A stretch of 50,721 bases of DNA, the filler included, from Sphacelaria rigidula (Eukaryota), in NCBI GenBank assembly GCA_964200075.2. It is 3 parts of 3 records of this genome, joined end to end, with 100 filler letters (N's around TTAATTAATTAA, not from the genome) between each part and the next. Parts side by side here need not be neighbours in the genome. Positions count along the whole stretch, not along the records: positions 1 to 16,841 come from CAXNAA020001240.1; positions 16,942 to 33,782 come from CAXNAA020001241.1; 1 more part is not named here. The stretch is one strand, 5' to 3'. Positions 10,826 through 23,711 of the stretch are shown piece after piece. A model generated the notes under the pieces. The model worked only from the letters and a program-made list of their open reading frames with translations. It had not been told where the DNA came from and searched no databases. Numbering within the stretch: position 1 is the first letter of the stretch; each line of letters starts with the position of its first letter. Position numbers and translations under genes: made by a program.

Positions 10826-12889
10826 CGAACTGGGCGAGCCTAGAATAGGAATTGTAGTTTGCAGGCGAATTCGCAATTTTTTCCTTAGAGTTGGACTGTG
10901 AAATTTGGGATGGACAACCAGCAGGGTATAAAAAAACGTGTGCCGGGTTCCGAAGATTTTTTTTTTGGTGATTATTACCTCTTACTCATGGGGAAAAAAC
11001 TCTTCGGGACCCGGCACACGTTTCTTTACACCCTGCTGGTTCTCCATCCCAAACCCGGCACACGTTTTTTTATACCCTGCTGGTTCTCCATCCCAAATTT
11101 CAGGGTCCAACCCCACGTAAAAAAATGCGAATTCGCCTTTCAAAGCCTGGGTCGGTGGAAATTCGGAACATTTTTTGCAGGCCGTTTACCGGCCTACGTT
11201 TGGCGTCTGTGTATTGAAACTTCGTGCAGTACCTCGCTATGTCATGAACCAAGAAAAATGTGTCAGGTTGGCTTTGATTTATTTTTTGCTGGTTTTGGGC
11301 GTTCGAGTATGGTAACGACCATTTTTTCACGAGAACGCCCGAACCCCTTCCAGAGAAAAAATAATGAAGGGCCATTTTTTTTGTCAGCATACCTCTGTGG
11401 TCCTCCATGCTAATTTTCAAATCACTATGCGAAAAACTGAGCAAAAAAACTGAGACAAGGTTTAAGAGCAATTTCCATTTCTCCTCGAAACTCCCCCAAA
11501 GATACGCAAAAAAATGAAGAAAAAAAAACGAAAAAATGTTAAAAAGCTTTTTTCAATTTTTCAATATGCACTAGCGGTTCTCCATACGAAATTTCATAGC
11601 ACAACTCTCAAAAACTGAGACGCGATATCCAGATTTGAAGCATCTAGTGCCTTCGCTCGTAATATGTTGATTCTAGTATAAAACATTATGTGGGAAATAT
11701 ATCGGGAGAGATTACGAATTTGGTGGAGGTGAGGATATCTATCGTCTTCCGGTGCTCCAGGGAAGGTCCACACCGAAAATCGTCATCATCCGCTGAATGT
11801 ATCGTTCGGGGTTTCTATAGACTTTTGTATGGATGCAACCTCCGTACGGTATAGGAATTACTAGACATGAGGTTTAATCAACGAGAAAAAATGGCTCAGA
11901 TTTTTGAGCAGATGGGCACATTCCCATTGATGCGTCGGTTTCAGTTCCGTATGCGCGCATAACGTTTAGCTCAAATTGAGGGTTTTGAGCTTAAATAGGC
12001 ATTTTTATTGCAAATCTTATAATTAGCTAAATAAGCTTGAAACGAGCTTAGCATGCTTGAAACGCGCATAAAACGCGCAAAAAGTTGCAATAATTTTTTA
12101 CGTTTCCACCTGTAGCCAGCTACCCGCAAGCGTTCCATGTGGCGTGACTGGTCACCAGATAGGCCGACTGGCTCCAGGCTTCAATACTCCAAACTTCCAT
12201 GGTCGCGTTTCGTGTTCCTACTTTGTTGCGGGTCTGATCAGCAAAAAGTTTGATTTTTATAGTCTTCATACATGGTACTCGGTTGTCTTCAAAAATGTGA
12301 TAGGAACTAATACATTTGTACAGCGTACAGTCGGTACCGGTAGTTCGACAAGATTTTCAGTGTCGACTGACCGTAGATGATGGGGGGGGGCGGGAACTTG
12401 GAGCTTGGAGCTTGTCGGGTGAGAGGTCAGAGGTCAAAGGCTGCAATGCCCTGTGTCCATAGGCTACAATACCCTACTCCTGTATCATGAGTACAGTGGC
12501 ATCTGTTGTTTCCGTATGCGGGTTAGGGTGTAGGTGTGCAGGTTGTGGCCTTCAAACTCAACGACTGATGAAGAGCTTTATTTTTCAACTAAAAATGAAC
12601 ATGAAATTTGGAATGCCCAACTTGTCGTCTTGCCCTTATGCTAGAAGGCGCGCCTCTTGAGGAGATACTGCCACAACGCCACAGCAAGGACGGGAATAAC
12701 GCGCCTAAAGCGCGCTTAAAAAGCTTACAATTCTTTTTCAGAAGCTTAATTTCAAGACAAAAACGCGCATACGGAACTAAGCCTATTGATAAGACGATTA
12801 ATACGATATGCGGATGACGGCCCACCTCGTCTGTGTCGATGAGATGTTGCTTTGAGAGCTCAAATCCGTTTTTAGGCTCGCCCCGCCCG
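10826..12889. mobile_element. Tc1/mariner-like MITE, family A copy 1, with a nested insertion
   Basis: TA|CGAACTGGGCGAGCCTAGA ... TTTAGGCTCGCCCCGCCCG|TA. Collinear with 31443..32495. Internal inverted repeat at 10867-11112 with a ~44-bp tandem duplication at 11010-11097. Confidence 0.85.
11937..12783. mobile_element. TIR element nested in MITE A copy 1
   Basis: TIRs GGTTTCAGTTCCGTATGCGCG / CGCGCATACGGAACTAAGCC. The segment is absent from family A copy 2 (empty site near 32290). Confidence 0.8.
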
Positions 12890-13569
12890 TAGCTACCCAC
12901 GCACTCAGGATTTCAACCATTGTATTTCAACTAACCGACTCCAAAGTTACAACGAATTATACATGCGCTGCCAACTTTGAAAAAAAAACATCACGGAACG
13001 CACGACACAAAACACCGTGACCACATACGAGTACACCACAGGCAACGACAAGAAAATACAGGTATTCACCGTCATTTCAATCTTCTAATGTTTGATTTAC
13101 CTGCGAAAACGAGTTTCACAACTATTTCGCTTGCGATGATACTGCAGGAGTCAAGCATGACTGCCTCTTTCGCGTGGTGTTGAGATTCTCATCGAGATAC
13201 CGGTGTGTGTGTGTGTGTGCTTATAGGTCAGGCACGATCAATACCGTCGATCAGTACAGCGCAGTGACGTAGCGTGCAGCAAAAATATGGATAATTATAC
13301 TACTCGCAGGTGACCTCGCAATTAAGGAATGAGTATGCCGGGGGAACATTAGTATCATCAAACAATCGCGTTGGGCAACATATCGGACAAGCATTGCCAT
13401 CTCCCTCGCCTCAAAAAGGATAAGTCGAATATATGTGCAAACAAATACACCAGTACAATCAAATTTACACTTCGTACCCTGCGTAGCCTGGGCTACTGAG
13501 TATTATGGGCACTTTATACCCTGGGTAACCGGAGTACCCGGGGTATTACGGGTACCAACCCTAGTATAG

Positions 13570-14358
13570 CTGTGCTCCCTCATTCTCATTTCATTGTACT
13601 CTCCTGTATTTCTTTCTCTCTAGTTTGCTCGTTTTATTCGATTCAATCTGTTCGTTCTCCCCTTCCTTCTTCCTCATGTTTCTCCCTTTCTCCAGTTTCC
13701 TTCAGAAATTGCTTCACGATTTATTCATTATTTTGGGTACCCGCACCCGCGTAGCACGGCTAGACTCACCGCGCACCAGTCAGTGTGCGACAGTACATGA
13801 ATCGGTAAAAAAAATATCATCTCTTTTCTCCCCTGTGTTCTTAAAACGTCTGTACAGTCACGACGTCAACTCATTTGCACGAGAAATTTTCCCAGCTGTT
13901 ATTCCTTCGGTGCGCCAGGGCCGCCGCATCCCACACCTACAACCTTACTTGACATACTCACGCCGAAAAAGTATAGTTCCTCAAAAGCTTCCGCCATATA
14001 TCTTCCTCTTTCCCTTCCTCAAGACCTTTGTACGAAAAGCCATGTTGCAGGGACCCCCACTTTTTGGTCCTTGTCCTATTTTTGTTTTTCGTGCCATCTT
14101 CTGATATTTTCACTGGTGTCGGTTGTTCGTGCCTTCATTCTCTTTTCTGTTCCTTTCCCTTCTATTTTAATCCTGTTTTGCTGCCTCTCGTGTCTGTTAA
14201 GCTCACTCCGTTATTTTCATCTTCCTCGATCATTTGCGCTCCTCGACTTTCCTTGAGCGAATATTTCCGCTGTATGCTGACCTCGTGAACACCCACTATG
14301 TGACCACGACTGAATTTCCCAAAGATCATTTGATATGCGACCATTAATCAATCAATCA
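13570..14358 (+). mobile_element. TC-rich 3' region of an (AATC)n-tailed retroelement (degenerate)
   Basis: Long pyrimidine-rich tracts ending ...GATATGCGACCATTAATCAATCAATC, like the other AATC-tailed ends. Confidence 0.45.
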
Positions 14359-14436
14359 GTTCTCTGTAACGTGGGCGACAAACCGAAAAATCAATATTGC
14401 ACAAGTTCACATGTCGTACGTGAGCAGCGAACGCAC

Positions 14437-14579
14437 CACCGCGACGTCGCTGAGCACGGATGTCACGAGGTCCCTTGCGAATTCCCAGATCGCAGACTCC
14501 TTGCCCAAAGGCACGTCATCCTCCAGCTCTTCTCCATCCTCTTCACCATCGACAAGGGTCATGCTATGTCGATGGGATC
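14437..14579 (-). CDS. Internal exon of an unannotated gene (acidic segment)
   Basis: GGTTCAG| acceptor and GTG|GTGCGT donor. Encodes (G)SHRHSMTLVDGEEDGEELEDDVPLGKESAIWEFARDLVTSVLSDVAV. Its phase-1 start matches the end of exon 16370..16487. Confidence 0.6.
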
Positions 14580-15838
14580 CTGAACCACAAGACGTGAGAA
14601 AGCATGACACCTAGTATGGAATGCCCAACGTGTGCTTGATGCATACTTGTACATAGCAATGCATATGATAGTGCCATGCTCTCACGGAGTAACGGCTACC
14701 GTACCACGGGCGCTGTGTCGGCGCTCTTGTCACAGCGCTTAAAATCGACCACCAACAGACAAGGCAACCTATGACGGGTACTAGGCTCAAAAAATGATAT
14801 ACAACTTCGACCTCAGTTCGTTCCCACGGGAAATCTCGTTCCCATTTTTCAGGATAACCTGTTTACTGTCGACGCCACATGAGAACGCATGCTTCCACGG
14901 GAGAGTGGCTACCGCAGACGCTCTATCGGCGCTCTAGTTGTTGAATCAAGGATGATAAATCTAGTGTGTAGCACACACACAATGCTGGTCCTAGGGAACG
15001 AGTGAATCTCTCCTTGGTGACCAGACAGTTAGCTAACTGTTCGTCGTGGGGAATGACCATTTGTGAATTTGTCTAAGGGACCGGAATAAAGCGGCTCCAG
15101 GAACGTCCGGGACACGCGACGTATGCGTATGAGTGCACAACGTATAATATGCTGCAAATAGAGCAAGAGGGAGAGATGCATATCATGCTGTGTGTGGCAA
15201 AGCAGATGACGAACAGTATCAGTGAGATTAGTCGGAAAGAAATGTGCGCATCCGACAGTACCGAGAAAGGTAATGGAAGAAAGCTGGACAAATACAAGCA
15301 ACATCGTATTATCGTTCTCACTGCGATATATTCACCACCGCGCTCATCTCCCCTCCCGCAACACAAACCGACTTCCGCTCTTGTTTTAACGAGATGCTAT
15401 GCTGACAAAAGCAGCAAAAAACATCAGCCACAAGGATTGTACGAGAATGGGAATGACTGCATAAACATCCATATAACGATCATATGTTACCCTCAACGTT
15501 ATCAGAAGACGAAGAAAGACTCTTTGAAAAACAGCGCGTAGAGAAATCCGTAAAATGTGAGCACTCAACATTGAGTTTGGTTCAGCATAGATCATACAGC
15601 TACTTCAGTGTACAATGGGAAAACATGCGCGAGTGCATTGAACAGTAGCCTCCGTCCAGCACAGCGCCGCTGTACTGCGGTGATGGCGCGATGAGTACCA
15701 TTTCCAGCCTGTACGCTCAACGATGAGCTCTGTCCAGTACAGAACAACCATGCTTCTATTCAGTGTGCGATGAATGCATCACTCCGCGTGAGCACTGAAA
15801 GAGTGAGCTCCGTCTAGTACCAGTCAGTTATACTACTA

Positions 15839-16230
15839 CTTCCTCTGTCCCATAAGTAAAGATGCCTGAATTTGTACGGGCCGTCAACGACGTCCGATCG
15901 GGGTTTTTTTTAATGAACTCTACGGTGTTTTTTGGGTTAAGAACAAAAAAAATGATCGCCCTCGCCTTCACTGGGGCTTGCTGCTACGAAGTCCCACGCG
16001 ATAAAAAAAATAAAAATGAAAAACTGGGAAAGGGGCAAAAACCGGCGATTTTTGGGCCGACTACTTTTTTTGCAGCTGTTCGGCGGCATGGCTCAAGCAC
16101 GAGCTGCAAATTTCAAACACATTTTCTTGACCCAAAAAACACCGTAGAGTTCATAAAAGAAAAAGAAACGATCGGACATCGTTAAGGGCCCGTACAAATT
16201 CAGGTACCTCTACTTACGGGACAGAGGAAG
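15839..16230. mobile_element. Stowaway/mariner-like MITE
   Basis: TA|CTTCCTCTGTCCCATAAGTA ... TACTTACGGGACAGAGGAAG|TA, with about 110 bp of imperfect TIR and a TA target duplication. A TIR fragment also occurs at 424-447. Confidence 0.9.
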
Positions 16231-16369
16231 TATGTTTGCAGTAGGAAAGGAACACATTATTTCTCTACGCCAATTATGTGTGCATGTCCTCATGTTCCGT
16301 TTCGAACGGCGCAAAACGATCAGCAGTATCATCATGGGCAACAACAACGTAAATATCAATCACAATTAC

Positions 16370-16487
16370 CATAGAGGTCATCGTAGCTCCTTTGCCAATA
16401 ACTCCCCATGGCTCGCTCGGAGTCCTTCATCAAGGAGCGGTACATGGCTTGCAGCACTGCTGAGACCGGCGGCCGAGGACTTGGCGC
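16370..16487 (-). CDS. Internal exon of the same unannotated gene
   Basis: CTCGCAG| acceptor and ATG|GTAATT donor; 39 codons plus 1 nt (APSPRPPVSAVLQAMYRSLMKDSERAMGSYWQRSYDDLY); splices in frame to 14437..14579. Confidence 0.55.
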
Positions 16488-16841
16488 CTGCGAGCAACAT
16501 CACACCCATGTCACAGCACGCGATCCATTCGATACAGGTAAATTTACTCAAGACTGGCGTAGATGAACCCTTTGACCGCTCAGATGCGTTGTGTTCATCT
16601 GTGGAATGAGGGTCGTTTTCGGTTCAAAGAGTACCGTAGAATCAAGGTGCCCCATCTGCGTTCGCTGAAAAGGTAAAGGAGCATATTGCCTGGGGCGTTG
16701 ACAAAAACGCATTGATTTCCTAGTTGTGTACTCCTGTATTTTCCCTCTCTCTCTCTATCGTCGAACTTTCAACCCCCCCCCTTCCTACGCGCTCCGTCTC
16801 GAAAGGGATGCGTGGTCAATGGTCACACGACTAAGGCAAGC

Positions 16842-16941
16842 NNNNNNNNNNNNNNNNNNNNNNNNNNNNNNNNNNNNNNNNNNNNTTAATTAATTAANNN
16901 NNNNNNNNNNNNNNNNNNNNNNNNNNNNNNNNNNNNNNNNN
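16842..16941. other. Assembly gap with artificial linker (N44-TTAATTAATTAA-N44)
   Basis: The identical 100-bp construct occurs at 33783..33882; the linker has stops in all six frames. Confidence 0.97.
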
Positions 16942-17169
16942 GTCCCGGCATTGTAGGGATGCGAGGTCAATGGTCTTATGACTATGGCATGCATGATCAT
17001 GAGTACACCCCCCAGCGCTATGCAGAGCTCGCTTGGGCAATTTTCATTTTTGGGCACATTTTGTGAATTTTCTTGATAAATATCATTCCTTTGCACGTGA
17101 AAGTCCTAGCATAGATAGATCTTGGGAAACGAAACAGGTGGTGCTCAGGACAAAATCCTCACTGGTGTT

Positions 17170-17290
17170 TTCGAGGTGATACGGAGTAAGTACCTCGTTC
17201 ATCAGAGGGCGTTATCAACCGTCACTGGTCCAAAAAACATTGTTTTTCGGCTCAAGCGCAATGGGGCGGTGAAGAGTGAAAAAAATATTC
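17170..17290 (+). repeat. Dispersed repeat shared with 35085..35185
   Basis: GTGATACGGAGTAAG-ACCTCGTTCATCAG and downstream GGCTC-AGCGCAAT occur in both places. Confidence 0.65.
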
Positions 17291-19139
17291 CTGTTTTTTT
17301 GTTCATGCGAACGATCGGGATGGCTTCCATTAAGCAAAAATACCCGAGGGTCGGAGCCTGGGGCTGGGTATTTGCAGTACCCCCGAAAACCGGTCAGACC
17401 GTAATTTTTTCAATATTGAGTGTAGCGTAGATTGTCCGGATCCTCAACCTAAGAGGGATGAGCAGTGGCACGCGAAAACACCATTGGGAATCGCCGGCTA
17501 CGGAAAAATCACAAAAACATCCCCTATTCCGGCTGAAGACTACTGTGTTGTCGTGATATGTGAAAGACCACAATAGCTAGTCCCACAGTACTGTGGCGTG
17601 GATCAGCTTGGAGTCACTTATTCTCCGCAAAAGCCGAGTGTTACACCCTCCAAGGGATCGCTACCTTCAGCTGACCCAACCCGGCCTCGGCAGCTCGGGG
17701 CCACGGTCGGGGAGGGGGATCGGCTGTGTCATGGGTGGTAACCACCGCAAGGCGGGCGCGCGGGGGAGTTCGACTGTAGGATTCACCTAGTTTCCGCACG
17801 GCTATGGCGCGGAGCAGTGTTACACTAAGTGTCACTGAATCTCCTACCAGCCGAATCGCTGTATCTTTCGACAGGTCTCTGCCTTCAGCCGGCCCGACCT
17901 AGTCTCAGCAGCTTGAAGGTCGAGGCTTCGAAGGACCATGTCTCACGCAAAATAAGGCGGGAACACGTCACACGGGAAGTCAACGGTATACACGCATATA
18001 TCTCGGATATTCTCGACTGACAGAGACCCTTGGCGCGCTGGAGAACCCAAATGAAGCGCCTGTCTCTTGCACACAACGTCATGTAGACCAAACGTAAAAT
18101 AGTGTTCCCCGGAGCTATGGACAAAATGGAATCAGGCGTAGCCTCAATTATACAGCTGTGATATGAAGGAACCGCGAACATATATCCCCATGTGCTAGGA
18201 GGGGGACTTCCCATAATCTGACCGCGGGTCTGTGCGAAGGACTGATGTATCGGTGAAACAAAAGTTCCCTAGTGCTGTTCTCAGCAGTGTTCTTCGAGTA
18301 AAGGTACACGAGGGATTCGTTCAGGACTCAATGTTGAAGGGCTCTTTCAAACGGTGGTTCCGAGACCGCACATCGTCGGAGGGCAACTAGTAAGGCATTT
18401 CTTACGTCATGTTCATGTCATGGAACAGCACTGCACGGCTTTCATTTGATTGTTCTTCAGTGGCTTTCATCTTTCGGGTAACGAGCCATCTGTGCTTTGT
18501 AGAGTACCCCGTCATTGCCGGTGTTTTTTGTGCTCTAGGTTTTATGTCGATCATTAGAAGGCAGCCGCAGCCAAGGCTACACCAGTGGAATGTGATGCCA
18601 CAGTCAAGGAGTAAGGGTTCGTTATCAGCATCGCATTCGAAGGGATAGCTTGAACAGTCAGTTGGAAAAAACCGCAGGAATGGTGCACCAAGTGCTGGGA
18701 ATTCGCGGCTGTTCCCCGCGGGGAAAGGTACGCCCCCCAAGCGTCAAGTACATGACGGAGCACCGATTGTCTACAATGGTCTGCGGTAGTAGAGTAAAGC
18801 GTGGAAATGGCTAAGGCGGCAGTGGACTTATGCAAGTAAAGTGCACACAGGTAGAAAGAGACGTTGATGATGTTCAAGGATGGGATGCACGCCATGGGTG
18901 TGGGCGAAACGAACAGTGCATGCGACTCTCTGCGCCTTCCGCCGATTGAGAGCAAGGCACCTCATCCGAGGGCATACTGAACTTCTCTGTTCCCCGCGGG
19001 CCGAAAGACAACGATGAAATGGTGGTGGCGAAGACGGTACGCCAGTTGACAGCTGTGCTCAGCGGCGTGATCTTCAACCCGCAATGGGTGGATACTTTCC
19101 ACCTCCGACATGACTGCGTCGTCGCCCAGCCGTGGTACC

Positions 19140-19340
19140 CTTGTAATGGATGTACTGTCCGACGGGTGGAACTTGCTGCATGCTGTGGCAGAAATCGGAA
19201 GTTTAAGACTTCTGTACACCGTCCAAGGGGGTTTGACCCCATTGCGGAAGTGTTCGTCAAAAAGGATTATGAGCCACTTCTGTGGTGATGGACAAACGCG
19301 TGTCCAGCGGGGAGCTCGTGCACTTATCACGCGCGGGTTC
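19140..19340 (+). pseudogene. Possible decayed ankyrin-repeat fragment
   Basis: ORF 19110..19487 contains DGWNLLHAVAEIGSLRLL, then GLTPL and DGQT, resembling the ankyrin consensus GxTPLHxAAxxG. Spacing is irregular. Confidence 0.3.
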
Positions 19341-21581
19341 GGGTGGACCAGGAACAATGCGTGTCGCCTAGGCCACGAGAAGTGGATGGGGTCTGCGCTG
19401 TTCGGTTACGAGTTGGGTGTAATTGAGGAGGCGAAGACAACATTGATCAGGGGCAGCTCCTCGACGGCCGCGCGACCTCGCGAATGAGACGGAGGGGCGC
19501 GTGGAACGCGCGCATGTGGCTGGAACTTGGCATGGCATTGTGGAAATATCACGCCGGTATTGGCTCGGGCGGTGGGAGGCGAGCGAAGCCGAGCTGTTAC
19601 AAAGCGGGTACTTCCCTTTTTGTCGTAATGATGTTCCGAAAGAAACTGTGGGCTGATCTGTGAGGTGGTTGCATACATGTTGTGCTGTGCACCGGGACGT
19701 AACTCTCTGCTGAGGGCGATCATGTCGTGTTTCGCATGAGGATGTAAGTCTCTGAGTGTACGATAAAAGTGAGTGGGGGTAGCGGTTGTTCATCGTAGGT
19801 GGTGCGTGCGTGCGTGCGTGTGTGTCACAGTCTGCTTCGAGGAAGGGCGGTCTGTTGCTCAGTTTTGTCATGTGACGAAAATCCGTCCATCATTTCTATA
19901 TGTTTTGTTCATCTGTCTTTCCGTTACCTCATTTATCATCGTGCAAACTCGTTTGTTGAATCGTGGGTTGTGTCAGCGTTATAATTTCGTGGGCTTTGGC
20001 CTGTGGTTGGAGTGACCGTTCCCTGATGGGTCATGATGAGGTCGTAAGCGGCGCTGAGGTGGTGCATGGCGTTCATTCAGGTATCATTTGTTGAGCGCGG
20101 AGCGATGTGGTGGAGCGTTCTGGAAGACTGCCCATAGTACATTTCACGGAAAGATAATCATGTTCGCCCGCGCCCGCTGACGAGCACTGTAGAGTACACT
20201 ACACTGACCAGTATAGTACAATGCCCGGTCACTACAATGCAGCACAGTGCTTTGTCACTAGAGTATAGTGCTTTGTCACTACAACAGCACAGTGCTTGGC
20301 CATGCGGATGCACACAGCCGAGGCGCTGGGCGCTCCCGGACCGCTGTCGCAGTCGCTGGCTCGCATATGTTCTGTCGCACAACGCACACACCTGCAGTCT
20401 TGGTACGAAAGTGCCCCCTGCGTCCCATGAAACCGGGTACGCCGAAAACCAAGCAGAGATCTGTATGAAGGTCCGAATGTGAAAAAAGGCTCTTGAGATT
20501 GGCAATACTACTGTACTGTAGTTATTCTGATCGCCGCCCTGCTGTTCAATTCGATGTGTTGCACTATGTCTCTCATGTGGCCTCCGTGTGATGGTGCCTC
20601 TGCGACTTGTGTCTCCGTGGGTCTATCGGATTTCATGCATGTGCCTCACAGCCCTGTGTGCCTCTACCCTGCTCAACTCTGCTCTAGTGCACTCTCTTCG
20701 CTTTGAGAACCGTGCAAGATGACCTGTAGTTACTATATACTGCTGCCGTGACTGTCTTGCCACTGTGCATCACTGCGCATCACTGTTAGCATCGGTTCTG
20801 CGATTCATTCGACACTCCAAGCCGTGGAGGTGATGTATGTGTTGTGTTTCGGCGTGGGCGCAAATGACTTGAGAAATGTATGGGGAAATGATAAAAATAA
20901 ACATTCGCCACATAACAGAATTATTGAATAGAGGATGTCGTGTACAAGGATCCCCTTCAAACCCAAGGCTGAAGTAGTCGTGTTGCTCGCGGTAAGGCTA
21001 ATCAGCCGATGAGATCAGCCTTGAGTGCTGACTCATAACGTACTTATGAGCGCCCATCCGCTGTTCTACAGACTTTGCCCTGTACAGTACTGACTATGCT
21101 GTACGATCCGTGTGTCTTGTGCTTTAAATAATATCTAAATTGTTACTAATCTGTCACAGTTCTCTCGATGAGGGAAACAGGTTCCGAAGGATAGAAGTAC
21201 GGTAGTGTTGGTGCCTTGGTACCTTGCCCTATGGATGTTGCGTATTTGTTAGGGCGAGTGCAGCATTCCCTTCGCTACGATGAGCGGGGGTTCACAAAAC
21301 AAATGGGTCGTTCTCAATGCATTACTCGTTTGTTGTGCCAGGATGACTCAAGTAGGCGCAGTATCTGCCCTTTCGCATGCAAATCACTGACGGTTCAGTT
21401 GATGACTTGGGCAGCTCAAACATGTGTCGTTTTATAGGAGTACACGGGTACGGTGTTGGAGTACGAAATAGAAAAGTGCAACAACATGCTCATGAGTACA
21501 TACGCAGACTGAAGCGTTCGAATCGTGCGATGAAACCAGGGGTCGGTGAAGTCCCACGGTGAACAGCGAGGAGCTACCGCT

Positions 21582-22100
21582 ATGAATGCTGTGTCCGAAG
21601 CGGCGAGACTAGCTTTGCGAATCGGCTGGGTTACTGCAGACACAGCAAGCGCTCTGGCGGATGTTGGGGAAGGGCTTCCGTGGGTCGGCGGAGTTCTGAC
21701 GGTGGTGAGAACGATCCGCGACAAAGTGGACACGGCCATCAGCAACAAAAGTGAACTCAAAGAGTTGCAGGAGCGGTGCACGTACCTGACAGCGTGCGTG
21801 ATCGTCAGGTGTAGACAGAGCTCCTCGGAGATAGATGTTAGCCCGCTCGTCGACTGCGTGACACATGTGCAGCGAGTGGTGGAGGGGTGCAGTCGGCGTG
21901 GGCGGTTCACGAGGGTCATCAAGTCGAAAGAGGACAAGGACGAGATAGCTGAACTGCACGGTCGACTCGGGAAATTGACAAGGGATATGGGTCTGGCCGG
22001 GGTAGTGGTGGTGGAAGGGAAGGTGGATAATTTGAATGGACTGCTGCGGCAGCTTGTTGACAAGCAAGATGAGCACCATGCGCAGCAAATGAATGAGCTG
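21582..22100 (+). CDS. NLR-like gene exon 1: MLKL/HeLo-like four-helix-bundle N-terminal domain plus short coiled-coil linker
   Basis: ATG at 21582, 173 codons, consensus donor CTG|GTGAGT at 22101 (phase 0). Pattern LPWVGGVLTVVRTIRDKVDTAISNKSELKELQERC...RRGRFTRVIKSKEDKDEIAELHGRL resembles MLKL N-terminal-like domains (P...I...V....NK..L..L..R). Confidence 0.85.
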
Positions 22101-23129
22101 GTGAGTTGTCACAGCATTGGTGTGCGTGCTTCACGGCGTGGAAGCCTCTACTTTGATGCCCAATGGTCCTTTGGAGTTTTGTCGCTTAAATGCAGAGACC
22201 CCCGCTGTTTCGCGGCGGTCACATGGCTCTCAGACTGAAGATGATCGATGCCCACAGGTGTGACCAAATGCTATTGTAGGTAACGGAACTTAAAAGTGCG
22301 GCTGGCTTGTTTCGCGTCGTCATGCCTAGCCGACGTGTTTCCTTTTGAGCTATCTCTAACCCAGCGGAGGCAGTGTTTCGTGTACGCTCGCACGAAGTGC
22401 CCCAATTGTCGCGAAGCCACTCGAGATCACACTAGCAACTGTCATATTGCCTTCGCGGTTCATGAGCGAGTATCAAAAATGCACGAAACAACCGGTTGCA
22501 ACCTCCGTCGCAACTGGTGATATACAGTTTCGTAGCACCTGTACTGCTCAAGGAACACGAATGACGTTCCACCGTGGTGGAGGTCGCACGGGCTGGTAGG
22601 ATCACACGGCGGTTGTGAAATGTTTCCTTTGCTTCGAATTTCCGCCAACATCTGGGGCACGTCGATTTGTCACAAGATCTGGAACGAGGGAGTCTTCAGC
22701 CCCCATCATCAGTTCCGCTCGGGTGTTATAGCCGTTGCAATGCCACCCTGACGAGGCCGAAGTACCAGGTTTGGGCCCCAGTTCAAGTAGGGTTTCCACT
22801 TTCTTGGCACTTGTGTTATTCCCCGACATGTTTCCCCCTTTGTTTAGTGAAGTTTGTGTCACATACTCCCTGAATACTCTTTTCCCCACCGTTTTGAGAA
22901 CGCGTTGACCATCTTGTGTTGGGACTCGAAAAACTTGTCGATAGAGAGGAGACATGGTAAAAGAGCGGGCCGTGTATCATTGTAACGATGGCAGCAAGCG
23001 TGAACGATAGAACAATCGGCAAATATGTACATACACGGGTCCAGTGCTACCTGTTTGTTCCCTGTCGTCTCCAAATCGCTCGCCATTATTACGACTTGAT
23101 ATTGAAAAGGGAGCCTTCATGTGAGATGT

Positions 23130-23460
23130 GACTGTTGAAGTTAAGTTGAACCACATTGAGGCCGATTTGAGGATCCGATGTTCAAGATCAATCCCGAATC
23201 TACCTTAAAGGCTCGAGCTGTATCTCCCACAGTTCAATTTGAACCTTCAGTGTGAAATCGGCGAACCTTTACTCGAAGCTTCAAGCTGGAGGCACTCTTA
23301 GGCTGATTATTCAAGCTGAGCTTCAGGTTCAGTTTCAAGGCTCGTATTCAACGTGGAATTTCAGACCTCTAACGCTACACTGTAGGCTCAACTTTCAAGC
23401 TGAACCCCCTCGGCTTTTCCGTTGAAGGTTCAAGCGTGAACGTGAACGTTTCACATGAAG
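23130..23460 (+). repeat. Degenerate TTCAAG/TTGAA-rich array in the NLR intron
   Basis: Many TTCAAG, TTCAGG, TTGAAG and GAACCTT motifs within 330 bp. Confidence 0.5.
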
Positions 23461-23711
23461 TATGACGACGATGGGCACTCGGTATGGTCTAGGTAGCTTT
23501 GTGGGATGATGATCGGTAATGACCGACATGAACTTTAGGAAGGGCAAATTCCACAGGAATGAGCCATGAAAGATAATCACTCTTTTTAAATTGCTCGGAA
23601 GTCGTACAATCTCGCCAGAAGCGCGGATAGCGGTCACCCAATTACCTCACATTTAGAGTGATATCTTGCTCGACGCTATTTTTCACCTCTTTTTTGCCGC
23701 ACGTGCCGCAG

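Noticed and set aside
16886-16897. TTAATTAATTAA motif between N runs (also at 33827)
   Set aside because: Identical artificial scaffolding linker. The similar 38-bp sequences either side of the first gap may also be an assembly effect.
18505-18545. IAGVFCAL peptide resembling the phosphate carrier third repeat
   Set aside because: Opposite strand and 11 kb from the carrier-like exons, with no flanking similarity; it reads equally well as a pyrimidine tract plus AG.
22101-22238. C-terminal tail of the 230-aa ORF, and the first 18 codons of the 737-aa ORF (23658..23711)
   Set aside because: Both lie beyond consensus splice sites and read as intron (donor GTGAGT; pyrimidine tract).
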